Source: Eledone cirrhosa
Taxonomy: Eukaryota
Length of the DNA: 64,000 nt
Direction: 5' to 3'
NCBI GenBank assembly: GCA_964016885.1
Contig: OZ024744.1
Span: 34,348,001-34,412,000 of the forward strand
Within the stretch, counting starts at the first letter, position 1. Every line of letters starts with the position of its first letter. Made by a program: the position numbers and the translations under genes. The notes under the pieces were generated by a model. It was given only the letters and a program-made list of their open reading frames with translations. It searched no databases and was not told where the DNA came from. This document shows positions 25,761 to 39,183 of the stretch, in pieces.

Positions 25761-26525
25761 TCTGTCTTTCTATCTGCAAGTCAAATTATCTGTCAGTCTG
25801 TCAATCAATCTATGCGTCTTTCAGTCTGTCTACTGTTGATATGTCCTTTTGTTTCACCCTTCTTCCTCTTTCATTCACACTTCTCCCCTCTCTTACTCTC
25901 ACCTTTTCACTTGTTCTCTCATGCCACCCCCATTTCTTTTCACCCTCCATTTCCGCCTCTTTTGCTTCTCTTTCTCTCTCGGCCCCTCTCTCTTTCTTTC
26001 TTTGTCTCCCTAGCTTGGAACCTCCATTAGTTTTGTGGATAAGTCTTCTAGTTGTTTTAATGAACGAAACAGTCTATTCGTGAAATTAACGACCAAGTAG
26101 CCGAAAATTCCACTAACATATGTATCCTTAATGGCGTTCTCGGGCAAAATCAGCCTGACACATTATGTAAGAAGGCTGGATCATTGAAAGTAAATCCAAC
26201 AGGTTCTCAAGCAGTTTCCCATCTACTCAATTTCAATCGCATGGCTTGTGTCAACTCGAGGCTAAGGTAAATGGCATTTGTAAAAGATGCCACACAGTAG
26301 GATCGAACCCGGGACCTTACAATTACTGCAAGACAAAACTTCTTAACCATTCAATCATACTTCGTCCACATGTTTCTAATATAGACGTTTAGACTGCAGA
26401 TATCTACAAGCAAGAATGTTGTGTATCATTTGGCTTCATTCAAAATACAATTCAATGTTGATTACAAATACTTCAAAATTAATTGAGTGGTTCGATAACT
26501 CATTAACTAGTTGTTATGATTGTTG

Positions 26526-26659
<134 letters not shown>

Positions 26660-26701
26660 TATATATATGTACATATATATATATATATTAAAATAACAGA
26701 T

Positions 26702-26845
<144 letters not shown>

Positions 26846-26928
26846 ATAATAATAAATTTGAAGACTAAAATCCAAAGAGGGCTCGATAAGGATAAATATA
26901 TATCAAATATATAAGAACCGTAGAGCAA

Positions 26929-27436
26929 ATATTTATTAAAATAACAGATTAAAGTTTAAGCAAAGACAATTACAATTACACGCAAAGACAGAACCACGTT
27001 TATGGTATAAAAGAAGTCGTAATATTTGGATGCGTGTATGTATTTATTTAATTTCAATTACCTCTGTATTTTATTTACTTTATTCTTAACTCTGAAGCGG
27101 AGAATCATTCGGTTTCCTAGTTAAAATTTTAGTCTACGACTCCAGTTATACCATTTACGTGGTTTTGTCTTTGCGTGCAATTGTTCTCCTTGATCCACAT
27201 ATGACGTATTATCTTCGTTTTTTCCGTTCATTGCCAGAGAACGTCTCAATGAACCACCTAAAAGAACATTAGTCTTCGACTTCTTTTATACCATAAACGT
27301 GGTTCTGTCTTTGCGTGTAATTGCTCTTCACCGCTCCAAATAATGACGTATTATATTCGTTTTTTGCCGTTCTTTGCCAGGGAACGTTTCCACGAACCAT
27401 AGTATCGTCTTCCTGTCTTCCTCCGGTTGCAACGTT
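26929..27436. mobile_element. Rearranged PLE 3'-UTR fragments (family of 43770-44160)
   Basis: Shares atttattaaaataaca..caattacacgcaaagaca..ccacgtttatggtataaa with 43770-44035. It has an internal inversion (26975-27020 versus 27278-27323) and a ~140-bp direct duplication. Confidence 0.7.
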
Positions 27437-27451
27437 TATATATATTTATTT

Positions 27452-30400
27452 GGAAATTTAGTAAAATCGAATTTCTAGCGGTTTGCAAGCAAATTCGGCC
27501 TACTTATATGAAATGATGAGTTAGCAAAGCACTCGATGAGTTAGGTCTTTAGAGTAATAACATACGTTTAAATAGCTTGACAAATCGAACATTGTGGTAG
27601 GCAAAATCTAACATACAATAATATACCAAAGTAACGATAGAACTAACAGTTTAAGAAAAAATACACCTGGACAAATCAAACGCTTATACGTTTAAAGTGT
27701 TTCTTTGAATCCGAAATCAAATATCAGACTTACGTAACTGGCAAGCTCGTGGTGTTTATGATCGAACGGAGGATTCAGTTTTTCAACAGGCTTTTCGTTC
27801 TACCAAGAACAGGGGTGATAGGCTAAATGTTGCTGCTAAATGCAGCGTATCGTATCTATAGCTGTCACGTGTTAATTCCAGCAAAGGAAATAACGCTCGC
27901 TTTTTGGCGGGTCATTCAAAAGATTAGACAAAGGAAATATATTTTAATTTCCGCTAATCATCATGATAAGCTCTCGACTAGATGTTATAAAACAAATACC
28001 AATAATGAACCAATCAACAGAATTGTCTAATTAAATTAATTATTTAATTATTATATCTAGGAGAATAATATAATAGGAAATTTAGTAAAATCGAATCTCT
28101 GGCTATTTGCAAGCAAATTCGGTCTACTTATACGAAATGATGAGTTAGCAAAGCACTCGATAAGTCAGGTCCTTAGAGTAATAACATACGTTTAAATAGC
28201 TTGACAAATCGAACATTGTGGTAGGCAAAATCTAACACACAATAATATACCAAAGTAACGATAGAACTAACAGATTGAGAAAAATACACCTGGACAATTC
28301 AAACGATTATACGTTTAAAGAGTTTCTTTGAATCCGAAATCAAATATCAGACTTACGTGACTGGCAAGCTCGTGGTATTCATGATCGAACAGAGGATTCA
28401 GTTTTTCAACAGGCTCTTCGTTCTTCCCAGATCAGGGGTGATAGGCTAAATGTTGCTGCTAAATGCAGCGTATCGTATCTATAGCTGTCACGTGTTAATT
28501 CCAGCAAGGGAAATAACACCCGCTTTTTGTCGGGTCATTCAAAATGTTAGACAAATTTATATTTTAATTTCCGCTAATCATCATGATAAGCTCTCGACTA
28601 GATGTTATAAAACAAACACAAATAGTTAACCAATCAACAGAATTGTCTAATTAAATTAATTATTTCATTATTAAATCTAGGAGAATAATATAATAGGAAA
28701 TTTAGTAAAATCGAATCTCTGGCGGTTTGCAAGCAAATTCGGTCTACTTATATGAAATGATGAGTTAGCAAAGCACTCGAAAAGTTAGGTCCTTAGAGTA
28801 AATCGTACATTGTAGTAGGCGAAATCTAACACACAATAATATACCAAAGTAACGATATAACTAACAGGTTGAGAAAAATACACCTGGACAAATCAAACGA
28901 TTATACGTTTAAAGTGTTTCTTTGAATCCGAAATCAAATGTCAGATTTACGTGACTGGCAAGCTCGTGGTATTCATGATCGAACGGAGGATTCAGTTTTT
29001 CAACAGGCTTTTCGTTCTTCCCAGATCAGGTGTGATAGGATAAATGTTGCTACTATATGCAGCGTATCGTATCTATAGCTGTTACATGTTAATTCCAGCA
29101 AGGGAAATATACCCCCCGTTTTTGGCGGTTCATTCAAAATGTTAGACAAATTTATATTTTAATTTCCGCTAATCATCATGATAAGCTCTCGACTAGATGT
29201 TATAAAACAAACACAAATAATTAACCAATCAATAGAATTGTCTAATTAAATTAATTAGTTAATTATTAAAGCTAGGAGAATAATATAATTGGAAATTTAG
29301 TAAAATCGAATCTCTGGCGGTTTGCAAGCAAATTCGGTTTACTTATATGAAATGATGAGTTAGCAAAGCACTCGGGAAGTTAGGCCTTTAGAGTAAATCG
29401 TACATTGTAGTAGGCAAAATCTAATACACAATAATATACCAAAGTAACGATAGAACTAACAGGTTGAGAAAAATACACTTGGACAATTCAAAAGATTATA
29501 CGTTTAAAGTGTTTCTTTGAATCCGAAATCAAATATCAGACTTACGTGACTGGCAAGCTCGTGGTATTCATGATCGAACGGAGGATTCAGTTTTTCAACA
29601 GGCTTTTCGTTGCTAAATGTTGCTGCTAAATGCAGCGTATCGTCTCTATAGCGGTCACGTATTAATTCCAGCAAGGGAAATAACACCCGTTTTTTGGCGG
29701 GTCATTCAAAATGTTAGACAAAGGAAATATATTTTAATTTCCGCTAATCATCATGATAAGCTCTCGACTAGATGTTATAAAACAAACACAAATAGTTAAC
29801 CAATCAACAGAATTGTCTAATTAAATTAATTATTTCATTATTAAATCTAGGAGAATAATAAAATAGGAAATTTAGTAAAATCGAATCTCTGGCGGTTTGC
29901 AAGCAAATTCGGTCTACTTATATGAAATGATGAGTTAGCAAAGCACTCGATAAGTTAGGTCCTTAGACTAAATGGTACATTGTAGTAGGCGAAATCTAAC
30001 ACACAATAATATACGAAAGTAACGATAGAATTAACAGGTTGAGAAAAATACACCTGGACAAATCAAACGATTATACGTTTAAAGTGTTTCTTTGAATCCG
30101 AAATCAAATGTCAGATTTACGTGACTGGCAAGCTCGTGGTAATTATGATCGAACGGAGGATTCAGTTTTTCAACAGGCTTTTCGTTCTTCCCAGATCAGG
30201 TGTGATAGGCTAAATGTTGCTGCTAAATGCAGCGTATCGTATCTATAGCTGTCACGTGTTAATTCCAGCAAGGGAAATAACCTCCGCTTTTTGGCGTGTC
30301 ATTCAAAATGTTAGACAAATTTATATTTTAATTTCCGCTAATCATCATGATAAGCTCTCGACTAGATGTTATAAAACAAACACAAATAGTTAACCAATCA

Positions 30401-33400
30401 ACAGAATTGTCTAATTAAATTAATTATTTCATTATTAAATCTAGGAGAATAATATAATAGGAAATTTAGTAAAATCGAATCTCTGGCGGTTTGCAAGCAA
30501 ATTCGGTCTACTTATATGAAATGATGAGTTAGCAAAGCACTCGAAAAGTTAGGTCCTTAGAGTAAATCGTACATTGTAGTAGGCGAAATCTAACACACAA
30601 TAATATACCAAAGTAACGATAGAACTAACAGGTTGAGAAAAATACACCTGGACAAATCAAACGATTATACGTTTAAAGTGTTTCTTTGAATCCGAAATCA
30701 AATGTCAGATTTACGTGACTGGCAAGCTCGTGGTATTCATGATCGAACGGAGGATTCAGTTTTTCAACAGGCTTTTCGTTGCTAAATGTTGCTGCTAAAT
30801 GCAGCGTATCGTCTCTATAGCGGTCACGTATTAATTCCAGCAAGGGAAATAACACCCGTTTTTTGGCGGGTCATTCAAAATGTTAGACAAAGGAAATATA
30901 TTTTAATTTCCGCTAATCATCATGATAAGCTCTCGACTAGATGTTATAAAACAAACACAAATAGTTAACCAATCAACAGAATTGTCTAATTAAATTAATT
31001 ATTTCATTATTAAATCTAGGAGAATAATAAAATAGGAAATTTAGTAAAATCGAATCTCTGGCGGTTTGCAAGCAAATTCGGTCTACTTATATGAAATGAT
31101 GAGTTAGCAAAGCACTCGATAAGTTAGGTCCTTAGACTAAATGGTACATTGTAGTAGGCAAAATCTAACACACAATAATATACGAAAGTAACGATAGAAT
31201 TAACAGGTTGAGAAAAATACACCTGGACAAATCAAACGATTATACGTCTAAAGTGTTTCTTTGAATCCGAAATCAAATGTCAGATTTACGTGACTGGCAA
31301 GCTCGTGGTATTCATGATCGAACGGAGGATTCAGTTTTTCAACAGGCTTTTCGTTCTTCCCAGATCAGGTGTGATAGGCTAAATGTTGCTGCTAAATGCA
31401 GCGTATCGTATCTATAGCTGTCACGTGTTAATTCCAGCAAGGGAAATAACCTCCGCTTTTTGGCGTGTCATTCAAAATGTTAGACAAAGGAAATATATTT
31501 TAATTTCCGCTAATCATCATGATAAGCTCTCGACTAGATGTTATAAAACAAACACAAATAGTTAACCAATCAACAGAATTGTCTAATTAAATTAATTATT
31601 TCATTATTAAATCTAGGAGAATAATATAATAGGAAATTTAGTAAAATCGAATCTCTGGCGGTTTGCAAGCAAATTCGGTCTACTTATATGAAATGATGAT
31701 TTAGCAAAGCACTCGATAAGTTAGGTCCTTAGAGTAATAACATACGTTTAAATAGCTTGAGAAATCGAACATTGTGGTAGGCAAAATCTAAGACAATAAT
31801 ATACCAAAGTAACGATAGAACTAACAGGTTGAGAAAAATACACCTGGACAATTCAAACCATTATACGTTTAAAGTGTTTCTTTGAATCCGAAATCAAATA
31901 TCAGATTTACGTGACTGGCAAGCTCGTGGTATTCATGATCGAACGGAGGATTCAGTTTTTCAACAAGCTTTTCGTTCTACCCAGAACAGGGGTGATAGGC
32001 TAAATGTTGCTGCTAAATGCAGCGTATCGTACCTATAGCTGTCACGTGTTAATTCCAGCAAGGAAATAACCGCCGTTTTTGGCGGGTCATTCAAAATGTT
32101 AGAAAAAGGAAATATTTTAATTTCTGCTAATCACCATGATAAGCTCTCGACTAGATGTTATAAAACAAACACAAATAATTAACTAATCAACACAATTGTC
32201 TAATTAAATTAATTAGTTAATTATTAAATCTAGGAGAATAATATAATTGGAAATTTAGTAAAATCGAATCTCTGGCGGTTTGCAAGTAAATTCGGCCTAC
32301 TTATATGAAATGATGAGGTAGCAAACCACTCGAAAAGTTAGGTCCTTAGAGTAAATCGTACATTGTAGTAGGCAAAATCTAATACACAATAATATACCAA
32401 AGTAACGATAGAACTAGCAGGTTGAGAAAAATACACCCGGACAAATCAAACGATTATACGTTTAAAGCGTTTCTTTGGGTCCGAAATCAAATATTAGACT
32501 TACATGACTGGCAAGCTCGTAGTATTCATGATCGGACGAAAAATTCAATTTTTCAACAGGCTTTTCGTTCTACCCAGAACAGGGGTGATAGGCTAAATGT
32601 TGCTGCTAAATGCAGCATATCGTATCTATAGCTGTCACGTGTTAATTCCAGCAAGGGAAATAACCCCCGGTTTTTGGCGGGTCATTCAAAATGTTAGACA
32701 AAGGAAATATATTTTAATTTCCGCTAATCATATGATAAGCTCTCGACTAGATGTTATAAAACAAACACAAATAATTAACCAATCAACAGAATTGTCTAAT
32801 TAAATGAATTATTTAATTATTAAATCTTGGTGAATAATATAATTGGAAATTTAGTAAAATCGAATCTCTGGCGGTTTGCAAGCAAATTCAGCCTACTTAT
32901 ATGAAATGATGAGGTAGCAAACCACTCGAAAAGTTAGGTCCTTAGAGTAAATCGTACATTGTAGTAGGCAAAATCTAACACACAATAATATAACAAAGTA
33001 ACGATAGAACTAACAGGTTTAGAAAAATACACCTGGACAAATCAAACGATTATACGTTTAAAGTGTTTCTTTGGGTCCGAAATCAAATATCAGACTTACG
33101 TGACTGGCAAGCTCGTGGTATTTATGATAGAACGGAGGATTCAGTTTTTCAACAGGCTTTTCGTTCTACTCAGAACATGGGTGATAGGCTAAATGTTGCT
33201 GCTAAATGCAGCGTATCGTATCTATAGCTGTCACGTGTTAATTCCAGCAAGGGAAATAACCCCCGGTTTTTGGCGGGTCATTCAAAATGTTATACAAAGG
33301 AAATATTTTAATTTCTGCTAATCATCATGATAAGCTCTCGACTAGAGGTTATAAAACAAACACAAATGAACACAATTGTCTAATTAAAATAATTAATTAA

Positions 33401-33728
33401 TTATTAAATCTAGGAGAATAATATAATTGGAAATTTAGTAAATTCGAATCTCTGGCGGTTTGCAAGTAAATTCGGCCTACTTATATGAGAAATGATGAGT
33501 TAGCAAAGCACTCGATAAGTTAGGTCTTTCGAGTAATAACATACGTTTAAATAGCTTGACAAATCGAACACTGTGGTAGGCAAAATCTAACACACAATAA
33601 TATACGAAAGTAACGATAGAAGTAACAGGTTGAGAAAAATACACCTGGACAAATCAAACGATTATACGTTTAAAGTATTTCTTTAAATCCGAAATCAAAT
33701 ATCAGACTTACGTGACTGGCAAGCTCGT
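27452..33728. repeat. Tandem array of ~575-624 bp monomers (10 complete, 1 partial) carrying minus-strand hammerhead-like folds
   Basis: Monomer starts (ggaaatttagtaaa) at about 27452, 28076, 28696, 29291, 29866, 30460, 31035, 31632, 32249, 32845 and 33429. The array is flanked by TA tracts. Confidence 0.95.
27665..27791 (-). ncRNA. Hammerhead-like fold (U3-A8 variant) in monomer 1, repeated along the array
   Basis: Minus strand: GCCTG-TTGAAAA-AC-TGAATCC..GGATTCA-AA-GAAA-CA..TTAAACG..CGTTTGA..TG-TC-CAGGT. Confidence 0.6.
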
Positions 33729-33873
33729 ATATATATACTGTTATGCTTTGGGAGGCTCATGTTGCCAACAATAAGAAACACACGCACCAGTTGCTTCAAC
33801 TCCAATTTATTATAAATGAAATTTATAAATTTCCGTTTAGTTGGTTCCACAACCGGACGGTTTTTCATATATT

Positions 33874-33916
33874 GTCAAAGTTCTTTCGTCACACTTTCTG
33901 CGACCTCCTCAGTGAC
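33874..33916 (-). ncRNA. PLE hammerhead ribozyme (inverted pLTR)
   Basis: Minus strand: GTCA-CTGAGGA-G-GTCGCA(gaaag)TGTGAC-GAAA-GAAC-TT-TGAC. Confidence 0.72.
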
Positions 33917-36575
33917 TGGGGATTATTTTCTTTGTTTTTGTGCCTCTCCTTTGTTCTGTCCTATGCCATCTTGTTTTTGTTTGTGTTTTCTGCTTAGTTT
34001 GCGCATGTGTTACATCCGGGTGTCTGTGTGTGTTTTTTTTGTTTATTTATTTGTTTATTTACATGTTACTGGTTGGTTGTTTGATCTATGTGTGTGTGTT
34101 TTCATTTTGTCCTTAATTGTAAGTTGTGATGTTACTATTCCATTCATGTTTTCTATTTAATTTTGGTTGGAGTTCATTTATGTTTATTGCCTCTGTGATT
34201 TGTCTAAACATTGCGTCTTTTCTGTGTGTAGATTCAATTTTTATTTCTATATTCTCTAATTTGCCCTTATGTTCGATTTTAGCATGGTGGTGGGGTATCT
34301 ATGTTTCTTTTTTATCTTGAAGCTCTCGCCAGTTTTCATTTAATCGTTCTCCTATACTACGAGCTGTCTCACCTATGTGCACTATATTCTTATCTTTACA
34401 TTGTCCTTCAGTACATCTTATGCTATATACTATGTTTCTAGTTTTACAGTTAATATGGGGGCTTAGTTTACAGATTATGTATTTCTTATCTATACAGGGA
34501 GGTCTTTGAAAAGGGTATGTATTACTAATAAGTGTTTTTATGGAGGTACCTGGTCTTTCTACTATCTTAATATTTAGTTTAAGTTTATCTAGGGCCCTTC
34601 TAAATGTGTAAGCTAGCTCACCTCTAGGGGTTGTATTGATGAACATTACACTCTGATATTTATTGCTATCATACCATGAGTTTATTCTATTATTCTTATT
34701 CCTAGTTCTTTCTATTCTATTCCAAAATTTGCTCCTATACAAGGGGCACGTCCCATTTGTATCATTATTTACCATTTTTTCCCATTTGGTTCTGGCTCCT
34801 CTATATACTCTGATTTTATCTCTCTGATTGTAACCAGAGAACTGCATACCGTGGATGAAGTGTTGTATGTGTTTCTAGTTCTTTGGGGTTGCACATGCGG
34901 GACATGTGGGATTGATACCAGTGAGCTGGGACTCCTACTTAAACTTACCTATAGTAATGATTATCTAGATATGTATGACCTTAGCAACCTCTGCCTCACA
35001 AGGCCAGCAAGAGGCAGACCACCTACCATTACCTCAATGGCCAAGAAAACCCACACAGAAAGATGGAACAGGTGGACCTGAGTCATACGGACCCCCGAAA
35101 ACCATGATGAACAAAATAAAATGGTTGCACATGCGGTGGGGGCCAGTATAAAACTAACCCTTAAGGAACATATGTTCAAATTTAATGGAAAAACATATGC
35201 CCAAGAGGAGGGAGCAGCCATTGGTGTTAGCATTGCAGGTGACATAGCTAACCTATTCATGGTATGGTGGGACAATAAACTTAAAGAACAATTAGAAGAC
35301 AGCAACCTCTTAACTCTGATAATGTACTCCCGCTACGTTGATGATATAAACATCGTAGTAAAAACACCCCCAATAGAGAACAGTCAGGAATTAGAGAAAA
35401 ACACCATTGAAAGCATCCAGCAAATAGCTAACTCCATCCACCAGTGTACTGGAGTTACTATAGACTACCCAAGCAAACACCCCAACCATCGATTACCTGT
35501 ACTAGACACAGCTCTGGTTAGAAACCATTAATAACAAAAAAAAAATCCTCCATTCCCATTATGCCAAACCCATGATTTCCAAATACCTTATCCACCGAAA
35601 TTCAGCTGTTTCGGATCACACCAAAATCAACATACTGATTGCGGATTTGGTACGGGTGATGAGAAACGTGTCCCGCATGTGCAACCCCAAAGAACTAGAG
35701 AGAAACATACAACACTTCATCCACCTTATGCAGTTCTCTGGTTACAATCAGAGAGATGGAATCAGAGTGTATAGAGGAGCCAGAACCAAATGGGAAAAAA
35801 TGGTAAATAATGATACAAATGGGACGTGCCCCTTGTATAGGAGCAAATTTTGGAATAGAATAGAAAGAACTAGGAATAAGAATAATAGAATAAACTCATG
35901 GTATGATAGCAATAAATACCAGAGTGTAATGTTCATCAATACAACCCCAAAAGGTGAGGTAGCTTACAAATTTAGAAGGGCCCTAGATAAACTTAAACTA
36001 AATATTAAGATAGTAGAAAGACCAGGTACCTCCATAAAACACTTATTAGTAATACATACCCTTTTCAAAGACCCCCCTGTATAGATAAGAAATGTATAAT
36101 CTGTAAACTAAGCCCCCATATTAACTGTAAAACTAGAAACATAGTATATAGCATGAGATGTACTGAAGGACAATGTAAAGATAAGAATATAGTGTACATA
36201 GGTGAGACAGCTCGTAGTATAGGAGAACGATTAAATGAACACTGGCGAGACCTTCAAGATAGAAAAAACTCATCAATACTCCACCAACATGCTAAAATAG
36301 AACATAAGGGCAAATTAGAGAATATAGAAATAAAAATTGAATCTACACACAGAAAAGACGCAATGTTTAGACAAATCCCAGAGGCAATAAACATAAATGA
36401 AAACACACACACATAGAACAAACAACCAACCAGTAACATGTAAATAAACAAATAAAAACACACACACACACCCGGATGTAACACATGCGCAAACTAAGCA
36501 CACAACACACACAAAAACAAGATGGCGTAGGACAGAACAAACGGGAGGCACAAAACAAAAAGAAAAGAATCCCCA

Positions 36576-36618
36576 GTCACTGAAGAGGTTACAGAATGTG
36601 TGACGAAAGTACTTTGAC
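36576..36618 (+). ncRNA. PLE hammerhead ribozyme
   Basis: GTCA-CTGAAGA-G-GTTACA(gaatg)TGTGAC-GAAA-GTAC-TT-TGAC, with a palindromic stem III. Confidence 0.78.
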
Positions 36619-36818
36619 AATATATGAACAACCGTCCAGTTGTGGAACCAACCAACCCACCGGAAATTTATAAATTTTAAAATTTATAATAAATTGGAGT
36701 TGAAGCAACTGGTACGTGTGTTTCTTATTAGCAACATGACCCTCCCAAAGTATAACAATATCGGTTTCAACACACGTTTTTTTCAGATAAAGAATGTTGC
36801 TAAACAAATTCAGAAACG

Positions 36819-36880
<62 letters not shown>

Positions 36881-36967
36881 GCATATCATAACGATTGTAA
36901 TATGCCAACAAAGCAATAAAGTTTATATATATGCTGCAATAGTGATTTTGATCCTAGTTACTTTATA

Positions 36968-37579
36968 CATGGTGGCTGCCAACTCGTTTTTGAGTACGTC
37001 CACTACTTTATATCCATGTAGGAGAACCCCTACCGATGCGCTGAACGAGTGTGACTTTTTAGTCCAGCCAGCGACTTGAAAACTCTGGTACAAACACTAC
37101 ACTTGTGACAATTATTGACACATAGTGCTGGGCCCATGGTACCATGTGACGACAAGTGCAGAGAGATCTCCAGATATAAAGCAATGCCTGTGCCGTGAAG
37201 CTTTTATAGTGAGCAAAGGCACTGCACAAAGCCAGTCCCACTCTCTTAACCAATATGATATTTACCAAAAAGAAGAACAAGTCAACATCATTGGATACCA
37301 TCAGCGTTGCAGGTGTTATATCAGAGTTTTCCTTCTCCTAGAATTCTGCCTTGACAAAGGCTAAGGGGTCATCTCTCCCGGTGATTTTGGATGGCCATTG
37401 ACTCTTAAGAGCTCCTTTGCCCTTTGACAGGTTTTGTTTTTAGTCCTGCAGGATGTCCAAAGTTACCCTCCTCACCAAGAAACCTTGGTGGGGTTGCCAG
37501 TTTAGTCGCCAACGACCCGACCATGAGACAGGTTATACTGGGATACATGTTACCAGTAGCACCAACTGGTGACCTGACA
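36968..37579. mobile_element. ~600-bp non-coding interspersed element (copy 2, inverted relative to 12116-12712)
   Basis: Reverse-complement homology along its length. The terminal ~20 bp is duplicated at 37603-37618. Confidence 0.75.
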
Positions 37580-37821
37580 TATACATATATACATACATAC
37601 ATCAACTGGTGACCTGACTTTATACATATATACATACATACATACATATATATATGTATATAATATATATATATATATATAGTTGTTATATAGTAAGGTG
37701 TAATATTGGTTGTGTAAAAAGGTCCAATAACTTTATGTTAGCAATATTAAGTTCTCAACGCTTTTGTATATCTCCAATTCCATTCGAGGGAACAGCTAGA
37801 TGATTTAAAACGGAGTATAAG

Positions 37822-38079
37822 TATCAAAATGAAAATCCGAAGGCAAGGTAAAATTCCAATCATTTAATCACGACACATGTTTCATTCAATAAGGGATAGA
37901 TCGATTGTGAAGCCACGATCAATTATCACTGATCTCATCAGGTGAAAATGAATTGTCTTCATTTTCACCTGATGAGATCAGTGATAATTGTTCGTGGCTT
38001 CACAATCGATCTATCCCTTATTGAAACATGTGTCGTGATGAAATGATTGGAATTTTACCTTGCCTTCGGATTTTCATTT

Positions 38080-38084
<5 letters not shown>
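37822..38084. repeat. ~260-bp palindrome carrying a hammerhead on each strand
   Basis: Arms 37822-37952 and 37958-38084. Plus strand 37965-38038: TCAC-CTGATGA...GAAA-CATGTG-TC-GTGA. The mirror copy is at 37868-37945 on minus. Confidence 0.85.
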
Positions 38085-38177
<93 letters not shown>

Positions 38178-38261
38178 AAATGTGTGAAATAAAAGGAAAA
38201 GAATGACTTCACTTGTAATTCTAAACAATTTGATTTAATTTTCTAATATTATTATTAATAT

Positions 38262-38355
38262 AACTTTGCCTTTCATCCTTACGGGGTCGATAAAATAAAG
38301 TACCAGTAATGTACTGGTTAATTTGCTGGCCTTGTGCCAAAAGTAGAAACAATTA
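38262..38355 (+). mobile_element. SINE 3' half
   Basis: aactttgcctttcatccttacggggtcgataaaataaagtaccag... Confidence 0.8.
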
Positions 38356-38412
38356 TTAATATTATAACATTAAATCAAATTGTTTAGAACTACCTTTCGT
38401 TTTTTTAGATAC

Positions 38413-38538
<126 letters not shown>

Positions 38539-38999
38539 AGTAAGGAAGGTTTGGAGCCAATTGATGTCTATAAGTGAGAAACCTAAAGTGGAATGGAGAG
38601 AAATACTGTTCTATGACATTGAATTTACTAATCTCTTTTAGCATATTTCCTCATAACTTTTTTAATTTACCATGATAAATAAATAAGAATGATAATGCCT
38701 CAATGTGAGTGTGTGTCCGTTATATATATATATATTGATTTCTCACGAATGAAACAGTTCTAGTCCTGTAGAATCTTTTAATATATATGTAAGAGATTCT
38801 ACTAGAACTGTTTATATATATGTCAGTGACAGTGGGAGATTGGTTCCTTTGTGTTTGGACTTATATATATATATATATCATGATGATGATGATGATGATG
38901 ATGATATATATATATATATATATAAGTCCAAACACAAAGGAACCAATCTCCCACTGTCACTGACTCCGTTTCTCCCACTTTCCCATCTCTCACTATTAT

Positions 39000-39125
39000 G
39001 GGCAAATGGAGGTCAACGCACTGGCGACCCTGCGGCCCCGGCGGACAGAATAGAGAAGGCATATCACTGGAGAATGGAGAAGGAGACGCGCTGTAAAAGC
39101 CATTCCAGCCCGCTAAATGACACGA
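39000..39125 (-). mobile_element. CRE-clade 3' fragment
   Basis: Minus strand: LEWLLQRVSFSIL..AFSILSA, homologous to 25531-25640. Confidence 0.6.
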
Positions 39126-39183
39126 AGACAGCATCAATTATTTATTGTTGTTGTAGTTGTTTCACTATGGTGGGCTATACATA

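Larger units (their letters stand above)
33735..36770 (+). mobile_element. Penelope-like element: RT and GIY-YIG on plus (about 34910-36770), preceded by an inverted partial copy (33735-34907, minus)
   Basis: FKFNGKTYAQEEGAAIG, YSRYVDD, LPVLD, NIVYSMRC..YIGETARS. The minus copy mirrors 35670-36760. Confidence 0.92.

Noticed and set aside
28755-28800. Plus-strand ATGATGAG..CTCGAAAAG..GTC hammerhead-like or pistol-like motif in the monomer
   Set aside because: It lacks C3, GAAA is GATA in many monomers, and stems I and III do not pair. The minus-strand fold is far better supported.
27827-32803. Repeated 60-69 aa ORFs in the 600-bp array
   Set aside because: They are not conserved in all monomers, are broken by indels and carry no recognisable motif.
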